A stretch of 64,000 bases of DNA from a bacterium (GTDB lineage: Bacteria; Auribacterota; Auribacteria; Auribacterales; Auribacteraceae). The stretch is taken from NCBI GenBank assembly GCA_018435605.1, contig JAHDNF010000008.1, forward strand, positions 1,192 through 65,191. The letters are read 5' to 3'. A model generated the notes under the pieces. It searched no databases, was not told the DNA's origin, and saw only the letters and a list, made by a program, of their open reading frames with translations. A program made the translations under genes and the position numbers. Positions 19,690 through 29,523 of the stretch are shown here, in pieces (position 1 is the stretch's first letter; each line of letters starts with the position of its first letter).

Positions 19690-21615
19690 TTACCTCATTG
19701 ATGTTAATTCATGGTATATTTTTTTATATTCCTGTTTTTGAGGATTATACTCTATGGCTTTTGAAAATTCAATGATTGCTTTATCGCGGGCGTCATTTTT
19801 TGAGGATTTAAGGTATGCAAGGCCTAACTGATAATGATACGACGCGCGATGCCAGTCTCTTTCCACGGCCTTTCTGAAAAATTCGATTGCCGTTTCGATG
19901 TCGTTTTCGTTAAGGAATATAGTGGCGGCTAGAAAATGGATTTTCGCGTTATCATTGTTTTTTTTCAAGGCTTTGTCCAGCAGTAACAGAGCATTATTTG
20001 CATCGCGTGTTTCTTTATAGACACAGCGAGCGGCATCGTAGTAAGCCTGCGCGTCTAAATATCCGGTGATAAATTTATGCGTGATGATTGTAAACAGGGC
20101 GCATACCAGCAATATGATTAACTTATTTTTATGCAAAGAGAGATTGAAGGTTTTATCGGTGTTATATGTGTCGCTCAAACCTACAAAGTAAAATGCCATG
20201 AACGATAATGCCGGTATCGAAAAGTCGAAATCAACTATATTGTGCATAGCAAATGCTAAAATGGCAAGCCCTGCGGCGGTCTGAGGAAAAGACAGGCCGT
20301 TTTTAAAGGTTTTTTTTATGAAAGCGCCTATCGCAAGAAGCCATATAGCCGTGTAACTAATAAATCCGACTAAACCTGTTTCTACCCATATCTGCAAGTA
20401 AGTATTGTGTGCGAACTGTGTTTCTTCCGCGTTAGTTATGCGGTATTTTGGATATACGATACCAAATGTGCCGAGTCCATATCCGAATAGCGGTTTATCT
20501 TTGATCATCTCGACAGAAGATTTCCAGTAATCGATACGCGCTGTCAGGGATTTCATTTTTGACGGGAGCAATGTTCTTTCTATCAATACAAATAACGCCA
20601 GAAGCGATAAAAGTATAATTGCTACGGTTCGTTTGCGCATAGAAAATTTATCTTTGCAAAAAAGTATAAAGTAGACTATAAGCGTTAGAATGCATGCTAT
20701 AATTCCGCCTTTTGAAGCTGTCAGTATCAGCGCCGCCACAATAGCCAAAGGAAACAATACGATACATCCGATAGCAATAGGAATAAAAAAGAACAACGAT
20801 TGTATATAAAACCACAGAAATAATACAACGGACGATACTATACATATCCAAGCGTAAATGCGCAAAAACGATTTTCTATAATGATACGCCATCTGTAATA
20901 TGAACGGTAAAAGCATGCAAAGATATCCAGCCAGCGAATTAGGATATACGAAGGTGGAAAAGATACGGTTGCTTACTATACGCTGATATAGCGCGTAGTT
21001 TTGCGGATTGTCGTATTTATAAAGCATTGCGCTTTCCCGTATACGGTCGATATTGATCATTTCGCGCATTTCATCCAGTCCGTAATAATATTGATATATG
21101 CCGTTGACCGAAACGAAAATCGCCGCGGATACAATAGCTACAATTATAGGAAGTAAAAGATCTTTATTCTTCATCTCGATCAAGTATTTTGCCGCGAGAT
21201 ATCCGGTGACGGAACCGCACAACAAAAAAAAGTTGACTTTACTGGCATGAGGATTGACGGACGTACTTATGGAAAACGCGCATGCCCCGATAAATAGAAT
21301 CAGCATTAGAGTTATTTTTGTTATGCGAAAATGAACTGAAGATCGCAACAGCGCATGGAACGATATGATCAGAAATAATAATAAACCCAATGTACAGACA
21401 GCCAGCGTAGGCCATGTGGAAAAAAAGATGTCTATCAGAGTCGGCACAAATAACCCCAATTCATCTATATACGGCGATCCTAGTTTGATAGGAACAACGA
21501 ACACTGTAAACGCCGAGCATATAATAAAAAGAAGAGTTGATATTCGATGAAAATCCAACCGAGTGTTATTTTCCATTGTTCTTTTTATCCGCTTGTTGTT
21601 TTCCGTAATATTCAA
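19690..21615 (-). CDS. O-antigen ligase (Wzy_C)-family polytopic membrane protein with C-terminal cytoplasmic TPR repeats
   Basis: About 10 TM helices. Wzy_C-like segment (FAHNTYLQIWVETGLVGF). C-terminal roughly 150 aa are TPR-like. The longest-ORF start overlaps the next gene by 50 nt, so the real start is probably internal. Confidence 0.65.
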   Translation of the reverse strand: MNITENNKRIKRTMENNTRLDFHRISTLLFIICSAFTVFVVPIKLGSPYIDELGLFVPTLIDIFFSTWPTLAVCTLGLLLFLIISFHALLRSSVHFRITKITLMLILFIGACAFSISTSVNPHASKVNFFLLCGSVTGYLAAKYLIEMKNKDLLLPIIVAIVSAAIFVSVNGIYQYYYGLDEMREMINIDRIRESAMLYKYDNPQNYALYQRIVSNRIFSTFVYPNSLAGYLCMLLPFILQMAYHYRKSFLRIYAWICIVSSVVLFLWFYIQSLFFFIPIAIGCIVLFPLAIVAALILTASKGGIIACILTLIVYFILFCKDKFSMRKRTVAIILLSLLALFVLIERTLLPSKMKSLTARIDYWKSSVEMIKDKPLFGYGLGTFGIVYPKYRITNAEETQFAHNTYLQIWVETGLVGFISYTAIWLLAIGAFIKKTFKNGLSFPQTAAGLAILAFAMHNIVDFDFSIPALSFMAFYFVGLSDTYNTDKTFNLSLHKNKLIILLVCALFTIITHKFITGYLDAQAYYDAARCVYKETRDANNALLLLDKALKKNNDNAKIHFLAATIFLNENDIETAIEFFRKAVERDWHRASYHYQLGLAYLKSSKNDARDKAIIEFSKAIEYNPQKQEYKKIYHELTSMR

Positions 21616-22684
21616 GAAACGATATGATAGATAGGATACACAATGTTTGAACCGCGGTCGTAAGTACGCCGAATTGCTTGAGGCCGGGAAGTAATATTGC
21701 GTTTATAGCGACACAAAAAGTAACCAGATACACAAACAACGCTGTACCTCGATGAGTCATGCCCAATCGCAGAAGGCGATGAGAAAAATGATTTTTATCG
21801 GGTTTAAATATGGATTCCCTGTTTTTTGTGCGAATGACAATCACCGACATGGTGTCATAAATAGGTAATCCGAGTATGATGACCGGCATAAGAACCGGAT
21901 AAAGCGTGGAGCTACCTTTTATATAATAGGTACCCATAATTGTTAATATTGATAATATAAATCCGATAAACAATGAACCGGCGTCCCCCATAAAGATACT
22001 GGCAGGCGGGAAGTTGTATCTCAAAAAACCTAAAAGAACTCCTATGAACGCCACAAGAAACAGCCCGATAAACAGTTGTCCGGCAATGAGAGAGGCAATC
22101 AAAAGGACAATGGAAGATGTCATTGCGACTCCCGCGGATAGTCCGTCCATGTTGTCCAGCAGGTTGAACGAATTTGTGATTCCCACTATCCAAAAAATAG
22201 TTATTACATAGCTGAATACTTCATTTTTGACAAATAATGTTATTTTGATATCGAAAAAATAGACGATACAAAACGCAATGGCGATTTCAAGATAAAATTT
22301 TAGTTTAGCTGGAAGGCCGAATTTGTCGTCAAAAAGTCCGACGATAAAAATGATAAAACCGCATACGAAAATTCCCAGCATAGACCAGCCTACTTTAATC
22401 ATACCGGGAACGTGTATGAATATCCGGCCGATATAAGGACTCAATTTTTCTGCGTGCATTCGGTAAAGCAAGATAATACCGAAATAATGAACAAGAACGG
22501 ATATCATCAAGGCAATGAATATACCCAGTCCGCCCAGCAAGGGAGTTTCTTTTTTGTGAATCCGCCTATCGGATGGTCTGTCGACCATATTCAGCTTGAA
22601 CGCCAGCGGTTTACAGTATTTGACAGCGATAAGGCTTAGTATGAACGATACAGCGAATAGATAAATATATGTCAGCGTCCACAT
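21566..22684 (-). CDS. undecaprenyl-phosphate sugar-1-phosphate transferase (WecA/MraY GT4 family)
   Basis: Polytopic; motifs DRPSDRRIHKKETPLLGG, NSFNLLDNMDGLSAG and FMGDAGSLFIGF. Confidence 0.8.
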   Translation of the reverse strand: MWTLTYIYLFAVSFILSLIAVKYCKPLAFKLNMVDRPSDRRIHKKETPLLGGLGIFIALMISVLVHYFGIILLYRMHAEKLSPYIGRIFIHVPGMIKVGWSMLGIFVCGFIIFIVGLFDDKFGLPAKLKFYLEIAIAFCIVYFFDIKITLFVKNEVFSYVITIFWIVGITNSFNLLDNMDGLSAGVAMTSSIVLLIASLIAGQLFIGLFLVAFIGVLLGFLRYNFPPASIFMGDAGSLFIGFILSILTIMGTYYIKGSSTLYPVLMPVIILGLPIYDTMSVIVIRTKNRESIFKPDKNHFSHRLLRLGMTHRGTALFVYLVTFCVAINAILLPGLKQFGVLTTAVQTLCILSIISFLEYYGKQQADKKNNGK

Positions 22685-23847
22685 GTGAGTAATTCCTGAT
22701 ATAGCGTATTAAGTTTCCGGCACATAGCTTTTGTGTCAAACAGCGGTACCACCAATTTAGTTCCGTTACTGCCGAGTTGTTTGCGCAATGTCGCATCAGA
22801 TAACAAATTGATTATTGCGGCGATGAATGCCTTTTTGTCGTCCGGTTGCACAAGGTATCCTGTCCGATCGTTTATAACTACTTCGTGTGCGCTGTCTATA
22901 TCTAAGGAAACAACAGGTATTCCAGCGGCCAGAGCTTGGGGTAGAGCCCGTGCCAGCCCTTCACGAAGAGATGTGTGTACCAGTATATCCATTACTGCGA
23001 TATAGTCTGGAATTGTATCAGGAGCTACCAGTCCGGTAAAGATAAAATGATCGGAAAGACCGTAATTAGCTATCGAATCGGTCAATTCTTTTCGTAAAAT
23101 ACCGTCGCCGACAAAAAGAAATTTGGTTTGCGGAAATTTATCTGTAATAGCTTTGGCGCAATCGACTACAAAATCATGTCCTTTCAAATGGAACAACCGA
23201 GCGATTTTGCCTACAACAAGTTCATTATCCTTAATGCCCAATTGCTTGCGTATATGTTCTCGTTTTAGCGGCGCGTTGGCAAAAGCAGTGATATTCATAC
23301 CGCTGTAAATTGTAATATATTGTTCCTTACGACCCACACCGGCAATCAAAGCCTTGTCGCGCATTGTGTCTGAAACGGTTACGATTTTAGAAGATACCTT
23401 GGCGCATATCTTTTCCAAAAACACATAGAGCACATTTTTCCATTTCTTTTCGTATGGATGAAATGGAAGTCCGTGTATTGTGTGTATTATCACAGGACAT
23501 TGCGCAAAATAAGCCGCCAGCCGTCCCAGAATACCCGCTTTCGAACTGTGAGTATGAATGATGTCATACTTATTTTTGCGGAAAAGAGATATCATTTGAA
23601 AAAAGGCTATTATGTCGTAAAAAGGATTGATGTTCCGGCGTAAAAAGGGGAGAACCGTAATAGGAACATTTTTGCATTTTGCTTCATCTTCAAGCGACCC
23701 TTCAGGGCCGAGTCCGGGACCGGTGATGAGTGTTACCTCGTAATCGGGGTGATCCATAAAGTAGAGAACGGTGGAAAGAGTATTTTCCTGAGCGCCGCCA
23801 ATTATAAGTCTGGTTATCAGATGAGCAAGTTTGATTTTCTCGGACAA
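22672..23847 (-). CDS. glycosyltransferase, group 1 (CAZy GT4, GT-B fold)
   Basis: C-terminal GT4 motif EGLARALPQALAAGIPVVSLD. Confidence 0.75.
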   Translation of the reverse strand: MSEKIKLAHLITRLIIGGAQENTLSTVLYFMDHPDYEVTLITGPGLGPEGSLEDEAKCKNVPITVLPFLRRNINPFYDIIAFFQMISLFRKNKYDIIHTHSSKAGILGRLAAYFAQCPVIIHTIHGLPFHPYEKKWKNVLYVFLEKICAKVSSKIVTVSDTMRDKALIAGVGRKEQYITIYSGMNITAFANAPLKREHIRKQLGIKDNELVVGKIARLFHLKGHDFVVDCAKAITDKFPQTKFLFVGDGILRKELTDSIANYGLSDHFIFTGLVAPDTIPDYIAVMDILVHTSLREGLARALPQALAAGIPVVSLDIDSAHEVVINDRTGYLVQPDDKKAFIAAIINLLSDATLRKQLGSNGTKLVVPLFDTKAMCRKLNTLYQELLTCGR

Positions 23848-23890
23848 AGAAATATCCTTTCTTGTAAAGATGATTTTATGTAATTTTTAG

Positions 23891-24751
23891 TTACGCGCCC
23901 ATAAGATGTTTTTCTATATATTCCCGCGCGGCATCCTGCCAATTTCTAAGGTTAGTATTACAAAGATGTTCATATTTCTGTGCAGACATTTGAGAAAACG
24001 CAGGACGTTTGGCAGGCAGGTTGAGCAAGTCAGACGTGATTCTTTCCACTATATACGATTGTTTGCCGACAGTGTCAAGCGCGAATCGGGCTAAATCAAA
24101 CCATGTGCATACCTGCTGGTTAGATACATGAAAAACACCTTTAGCGCGTTTCTCAATCAAGTTTAGAGTAGCGCGGGCAAGGTCAAGAGTATATGTCGGG
24201 CATCCGTGTTGATCGTCCACCACAGACAGCTTTGGTTTTTCTTCGGATAACTGAAGAATGCGTTGAATAAAATTTTTACCTCTAGGCCCGAATAACCATG
24301 AGGTGCGTATTATCAGATACTGATTTTCCGGAACAATATTTCGTATTTTTTCTTCGCCCTGCAATTTAGTCAAACCGTAGCGGTTGATAGGATTCGGAGT
24401 GTCATCTTCGAAATAAGGTTCATGCTTTTGCCCGTCGAAAATAAAATCGGTACTGAAATGTATAAAAAAAGCGCCGGTTTGACGGCATGCCTGCGCCAGA
24501 TATCCAACGCCACTCGCATTGACCGCGTAAGCCGTATCCTGTTCTGTTTCGGCTCCATCGACGTTTGTGTAAGCGCTACAGTTTAATATTGCGTCAGGTT
24601 TGATTCGGTCTATGGCGCAGTTAATCGAAGCTGGGTTGGTAATATCGATATCTTCAATATCCATACACGCGACGTCTCCGGGCAAATTAACCTCTCCCGT
24701 AGCGAAAACACTGCCCAGCATGCCGTTTTTACCGATAAGTAGCCAGCGCAT
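23891..24751 (-). CDS. rmlD: dTDP-4-dehydrorhamnose reductase (RmlD-family NAD(P)-dependent reductase)
   Basis: MRWLLIGKNGMLGS Rossmann N-terminus with RmlD-like body. I place the start at the internal ATG (TAATG overlap with the upstream gene) instead of the longest-ORF start at 24832. Confidence 0.7.
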   Translation of the reverse strand: MRWLLIGKNGMLGSVFATGEVNLPGDVACMDIEDIDITNPASINCAIDRIKPDAILNCSAYTNVDGAETEQDTAYAVNASGVGYLAQACRQTGAFFIHFSTDFIFDGQKHEPYFEDDTPNPINRYGLTKLQGEEKIRNIVPENQYLIIRTSWLFGPRGKNFIQRILQLSEEKPKLSVVDDQHGCPTYTLDLARATLNLIEKRAKGVFHVSNQQVCTWFDLARFALDTVGKQSYIVERITSDLLNLPAKRPAFSQMSAQKYEHLCNTNLRNWQDAAREYIEKHLMGA

Positions 24752-25479
24752 TATTTTTTGCTCGTTTTCTTTGCGTGAACAAGTTTGGTGGCATGGAATA
24801 AAGATTCGAATGTTCCGGCATCCGTCCACCATCCGTCGATGATTTCGTATGTCATCATGTTACTTTTGATGTAGGCGTTGTTTACGTCTGTAATTTCCAA
24901 TTCACCGCGATCAGATGGTTTTAATGTTTTTATTATATCGAACACCTGAGAATCGTACATATAAATGCCGATGACAGCATAGTTTGATTTTGGCTTTTTC
25001 GGTTTTTCTTCGATCGCAGTAATTTTTTTGCCGTCTATGACCGGTACTCCGAATCGATGCGGGTCGGATACTTCTTTGAGAAAAATTTTCGATCCTTTGG
25101 GTTGTTTTTCAAAATCACTCACAGCCTGTTTGATGCTTCCTTCGATAATATTATCGCCGAGCATCACTATAATTTTCTGGTTATCCGCGAAATGTTCGGC
25201 CAGTCCAAGTGCTTCGGCTATACCGCCTTCACCTTCCTGATAAGTATAGTTTATTGCTTTGAGTCCGAATTCCTTGCCGTTACCGAGCAGGCGCAGGAAA
25301 TCTCCGGCGCTGTTGCCGCCGGTAACGATAAGTATATCGTTTATACCTGCTTCGACAAGGGTACGAATCGGATAATAAATCATCGGTTCATCATAAACTG
25401 GAAGCAGATGTTTGTTGGTAATTTTTGTCAACGGCGCCAACCGCGAACCCAAACCGCCCGCTAAAATAATTCCTTTCAT
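24751..25479 (-). CDS. sugar-phosphate nucleotidyltransferase (RmlA-like, short form)
   Basis: MKGIILAGGLGSRLAPLT..K.LLPV; 242 aa, shorter than classical RmlA. Confidence 0.7.
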   Translation of the reverse strand: MKGIILAGGLGSRLAPLTKITNKHLLPVYDEPMIYYPIRTLVEAGINDILIVTGGNSAGDFLRLLGNGKEFGLKAINYTYQEGEGGIAEALGLAEHFADNQKIIVMLGDNIIEGSIKQAVSDFEKQPKGSKIFLKEVSDPHRFGVPVIDGKKITAIEEKPKKPKSNYAVIGIYMYDSQVFDIIKTLKPSDRGELEITDVNNAYIKSNMMTYEIIDGWWTDAGTFESLFHATKLVHAKKTSKK

Positions 25480-25516
25480 AAAAAACTCCTTTATAAATTA
25501 GGATTGACCTATTTTT

Positions 25517-26518
25517 TTATAATTGAAATCCTTTGATTTCCTGTTGAATTTCCTGTTCGGATAGTTTGTTTTTACCGGCGGTCATATAAAAATACCAGCC
25601 GGGAATACTCCAAATCATAAGAATCAATCTGCCCAGCAGAGCGATGGCAAGAGAACTTTCCTCGGTTGCTCCCACAAGGCTGAAGCAATAAACATATAAA
25701 CTTTCATTGACTCCTAAACCTGAAACCGATACCGGTAACGCCGCTATGGTTGCTATGATCGGTATGAATAAAAAATAATAATGAAGTTTTAACTCCATTC
25801 CGATCGACTGTCCCATGATAGCGATTGCTACGATGAAAATAGCCTGTAATCCCATGGACAGCAGTATGCCGTATACGATAGTCTTTTTGTGAGATTTATA
25901 TGTGTAAAAAGTATGATAAATCCTTTTTATCATATCACCGAATGGCAGTTTTTCAATCAAATGTTGCAATAAAGGTACTTTTTTCATTAAATTTTTACTA
26001 AGGAATAGAGGAGTGAAGATAATCATAGTCACGAATAGGCATAGGAGGAATATGGCAATATTTTGAAAAGCAGGATTTTTTAAGTTGAACATCAAAGCAA
26101 AAAGTCCAATAGTCAATAACCCGATGATACCTACAATACGATCTATAAATACTGTGGTGACAGCTTCCGGTTTATGAGTTTTTGTTTCTTTAGCTGTGTA
26201 ATATGCTTTGATTATATCACCGCCGGTGGACCCTGGCATTGCATTGTTGAAAAAAAGTCCGATAAAAAACAACTCTGTCAGCCGCATGTATGATACCCTA
26301 ACCTTATGCACAAGCAAAAGCAGGTTCCAGCGTATTATCGCCATTACGCATATAATCGCATATAGCAAAATAGCCGTTATCATTAATCCTATTTGCGCAT
26401 TCTTTAATTTATCCCACACGTCCATGATGTCTATTTTGACGAACAGGTAGGCTAGTAATACGACAGCTACGATGATACGTAAAATCAGCGACAGATGCTT
26501 TTTAGTTGTTTCCTTCAT
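25517..26518 (-). CDS. flippase-like membrane protein (LPG_synthase_TM / UPF0104 family)
   Basis: N-terminus LLAYLFVKIDIMDVWDKLKNA...IIRWNLLL, 8 TM helices, 333 aa. Confidence 0.6.
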   Translation of the reverse strand: MKETTKKHLSLILRIIVAVVLLAYLFVKIDIMDVWDKLKNAQIGLMITAILLYAIICVMAIIRWNLLLLVHKVRVSYMRLTELFFIGLFFNNAMPGSTGGDIIKAYYTAKETKTHKPEAVTTVFIDRIVGIIGLLTIGLFALMFNLKNPAFQNIAIFLLCLFVTMIIFTPLFLSKNLMKKVPLLQHLIEKLPFGDMIKRIYHTFYTYKSHKKTIVYGILLSMGLQAIFIVAIAIMGQSIGMELKLHYYFLFIPIIATIAALPVSVSGLGVNESLYVYCFSLVGATEESSLAIALLGRLILMIWSIPGWYFYMTAGKNKLSEQEIQQEIKGFQL

Positions 26519-27446
26519 CAGGTTTATCCTCTAAAAATGGTTTAATATATTGTAAACCGTATTTTAACTCGGATGGAGCAGTTGGGTGATGAATTTCGAG
26601 CACTTTAACGATATCCTGCCGTAAAAATGGCGCGATACGAGAAAAATCGAATGTACCGGTACCCGGAGCACGATGGTCGGAACTGCGTACTATATCATGG
26701 ATATGTATTCCGGCAATTCTGTTTTTGAATGACGCTATATATTCTTCGTGATAGAAAATATTTAGGTTTTCCATCATTTGAGCGTGTCCGACATCATGCC
26801 AGTAATACAAATTTCCTCCTTCAAATTGTGTAAATATATAAAAAATTTCTTCGAGATCAGGTATTTCGTGCGCATGGTAGCGGTTTTCTATACCTATTAA
26901 AATATTATTCTTTACAGCATAAGTATTTATTTGGTCAAGAGATTTTAATGTGTACTGCATATATTCCTGACGGTATCTTTCCCGTTCCCTGAACAATTTA
27001 GATTTTATCATAGCAAACCGCATTGTTTCTGTTTTGTCCCGTTCGAGCAAGCGGATGAGTTTTCCCGTCCGGTTTTTCAGCGGTATTTCACCGCAATGCA
27101 TTACTACGGCTTTAGCGCCGAACTTAACTGCGTAATCAATGGTGCGCAAAGTTGCGGTAACAGCTTTTTGACGCAGTTCAGGATTTTTGTCGGAGACAAG
27201 ATAAATATTTGGAGAAGCATGTTTGCGGCTGACATCATCCGGCAGGGGACAAAAATTATGAAGACTGCATACAGAAATATCCCCACGGTTAACGCAGGCC
27301 AGTATTTGTTCGACCATTTCCGTAGTGAGAGAAAAATCAAGTTCGATTGTATCGAATCCGTATGACTTGATTTCGTCTATCATTTTTTCAGCGTGTGGTT
27401 CACGCCATGATATCCAAGAAGTAGATAATGCCAATTTATTTTTCAT
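26502..27446 (-). CDS. sugar phosphate isomerase/epimerase (xylose-isomerase-like TIM barrel)
   Basis: Family pattern, for example YGFDTIELDF ... AKAVVMHCG ... IENRYH ... IHIHD. Confidence 0.6.
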   Translation of the reverse strand: MKNKLALSTSWISWREPHAEKMIDEIKSYGFDTIELDFSLTTEMVEQILACVNRGDISVCSLHNFCPLPDDVSRKHASPNIYLVSDKNPELRQKAVTATLRTIDYAVKFGAKAVVMHCGEIPLKNRTGKLIRLLERDKTETMRFAMIKSKLFRERERYRQEYMQYTLKSLDQINTYAVKNNILIGIENRYHAHEIPDLEEIFYIFTQFEGGNLYYWHDVGHAQMMENLNIFYHEEYIASFKNRIAGIHIHDIVRSSDHRAPGTGTFDFSRIAPFLRQDIVKVLEIHHPTAPSELKYGLQYIKPFLEDKPDEGNN

Positions 27447-27894
27447 ACAATACCGTATTCAGGTCGCAAGTTTCGTCAAAAATTTGAATTCCGTTGCGTT
27501 TTAACGCGGCGGCAGTTAATCCTGAAGCAAATATCAAGCCATCCTGACAATAGGTTTGGTGAACTCCGCACGAAGGGCTTTTACTTTTTAAAAGAGCTTT
27601 ACTTATGTTGAATTTTTCGGTTATTGCAACGCACTGCATTGCGCTGGTAATAAGACGGTCTGTCAAATCGTTATTTTCAGAGTCTATGACTCGCGCCTTG
27701 CCGTCAAGCACTGCAAATCCGGATTCCCCATGGATAGTTATCGTCCGGCGCGGTACAGGCAAGCCTGCCATAATTTCAGGGCATACCGGAAAAAGAAACC
27801 CTTGTTCAAAAAGGTTGCGAGCTTCTCGAACAAGGGCGTTTTTTGCATCATATCTACATGGACAGCCTATAAGGCAAGCGCTCACAAGGATCAT
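27436..27894 (-). CDS. DUF523/TudS-family protein (2-thiouracil desulfidase-like, [4Fe-4S] Cys ligands)
   Basis: MILVSACLIGCPCRYD ... VCPEIMAGLPVPR ... KSPSCG conserved cysteine pattern. Confidence 0.7.
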   Translation of the reverse strand: MILVSACLIGCPCRYDAKNALVREARNLFEQGFLFPVCPEIMAGLPVPRRTITIHGESGFAVLDGKARVIDSENNDLTDRLITSAMQCVAITEKFNISKALLKSKSPSCGVHQTYCQDGLIFASGLTAAALKRNGIQIFDETCDLNTVLYEK

Positions 27895-28085
27895 GACGCC
27901 ATACGAGCGACTTTTTCCATTTTTTTGCGAGCGTCTTTTTCTTTTCTTCGCCGTTTTTGGCTTGGTTTTTCGTAATGCCGGTGTTGTTTTATTTGTTTCA
28001 TTATACCTTCTTTATCGATTTTTTTCTTCAACCGGCGTAATGCTTTATCGACACTTTCATTTTTATTTACGACTACTTTAGGCAC
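27891..28085 (-). CDS. rpsU: 30S ribosomal protein S21
   Basis: MPKVVVNKNESVDKALRRLKKK..., basic, 64 aa. Confidence 0.85.
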   Translation of the reverse strand: MPKVVVNKNESVDKALRRLKKKIDKEGIMKQIKQHRHYEKPSQKRRRKEKDARKKMEKVARMAS

Positions 28086-28166
28086 CTAACATCCACCCCT
28101 TTCCATGTTGAATTTTGTAATACTATCGTTATTTTAAAAGTAAATGTCAAGAAAAATATCTAAAAA

Positions 28167-28868
28167 TTATTCGTTTTGAGCGCTGTGCGTATGATATCTA
28201 ATGCGCATCTGTTTTGCTTGTCCGCAACTCATTTTACCTTCAGGGCACGACGTTCTCACACATTCAGGGCCTGCATTTTCAAAGACAACTGGCGCGGCTT
28301 GCTGTACTAGGTCAAGCATCTTTTGTGCCAGATCTCTTATTTCCCATTGTGCCCGCGTACAGCACCGTAACTGAAAAAAATGCAGTAACTCACGAGCGTT
28401 CATGGTTACTACCATGTTCGACATACATGCGTTAGGCAGAATATAGCGGGCGTCTTCTTTGGGAATATTCAGATTATTGAGTTCGCTGTATGTTTTCCGA
28501 ATCATTTCGAGGCAGGAAGAGAACAGCTGGCGTGCCTGTTCGCTACCGGCTATAGATTCGGGCATTACAAAATCGGCATGTTCCATAGATACATAGCGCT
28601 GGCTTTGCTGTGAATACGATGCCAAGCGGTGTCGAACAAGCTGATGTGTTGCGGCGCGCGAAATTCCCTCAATACCGAATGTAAAACTTACATGTTCAAG
28701 CGCCGAGTCGTGTCCTAGCGATTTTAACATGCGAACAAATTTGTAAGCCGACTCGCGGGTGACCTGTCGTTCGATTTCCTCAAATGTTTTATCGGAATAA
28801 CAAATTTTTGCCGCTACAGTGATGGCCTCTTCAGGGCGGTCTGGAGCTTTCAGTAACCGTACATTCAC
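28167..28868 (-). CDS. thyX: FAD-dependent thymidylate synthase
   Basis: ThyX signature RHRLASYSQQSQRY. Confidence 0.85.
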   Translation of the reverse strand: MNVRLLKAPDRPEEAITVAAKICYSDKTFEEIERQVTRESAYKFVRMLKSLGHDSALEHVSFTFGIEGISRAATHQLVRHRLASYSQQSQRYVSMEHADFVMPESIAGSEQARQLFSSCLEMIRKTYSELNNLNIPKEDARYILPNACMSNMVVTMNARELLHFFQLRCCTRAQWEIRDLAQKMLDLVQQAAPVVFENAGPECVRTSCPEGKMSCGQAKQMRIRYHTHSAQNE

Positions 28869-29515
28869 TATACGAATCCACCTTCCTGTAATTTTTGCAT
28901 CAAAGATTGATCAGAATTGGAGTTGCCGATTTTTTTAATGCAATTATATACGTATTTTCCGATCATATCGGATTCCAGATTGACCGGGTCGTTGGGTTTC
29001 TTGCATTGCAGGGTCGTATTATATAATGTATGCGGTATGATGTGTACCGTAAAAAACGACTTTTTTTTCTCCACTATCGTTAAACTGATTCCGTCAACGG
29101 CCACCGAACCCTTACATATCAGCATATCCAGAAAAGACGATGACGCGCGTATTTGAAGTATCCGGTCTGTTTGTCTCTGTTCGTTGGATTCTATGTAACC
29201 TACTTCGTCGACATGCCCCTGTACCAGATGTCCTCCCAAGCGAGAACCGAGTGTCAACGCCCGTTCAACATTTACGGTATTTCCATTCTTCAAATTGCCA
29301 AGATATGTTTTATCGAGTGTTTCTTTTTGGACAGTGAAAGTTAGTGTATCGGATGTAAATTTGCCGACCGTCAGGCATACGCCGTTTACGGCAATACTTT
29401 CTCCCATATCGATTTTTGTATTATCGAACGGCGATATGATTGTGAGTATGGCATACCCACGTTCCGACTTTATTTCCTTTACGGTAGCTATATTTTCCAC
29501 TAATCCAGTAAACAT
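28868..29515 (-). CDS. ribE: riboflavin synthase alpha chain
   Basis: MFTGLVENIATV... two lumazine-binding repeats, 215 aa. Confidence 0.85.
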   Translation of the reverse strand: MFTGLVENIATVKEIKSERGYAILTIISPFDNTKIDMGESIAVNGVCLTVGKFTSDTLTFTVQKETLDKTYLGNLKNGNTVNVERALTLGSRLGGHLVQGHVDEVGYIESNEQRQTDRILQIRASSSFLDMLICKGSVAVDGISLTIVEKKKSFFTVHIIPHTLYNTTLQCKKPNDPVNLESDMIGKYVYNCIKKIGNSNSDQSLMQKLQEGGFV

Positions 29516-29523
29516 TGCTTATC

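Noticed and set aside
24752-24832. Longest-ORF start of rmlD (MVDGCRNIRIF…CHQTCSRKENEQKI)
   Set aside because: The Cys/His-rich extension overlaps the upstream nucleotidyltransferase gene by 80 nt. The internal ATG gives the canonical Rossmann N-terminus MRWLLIGKNGMLGS with a TAATG stop/start overlap.
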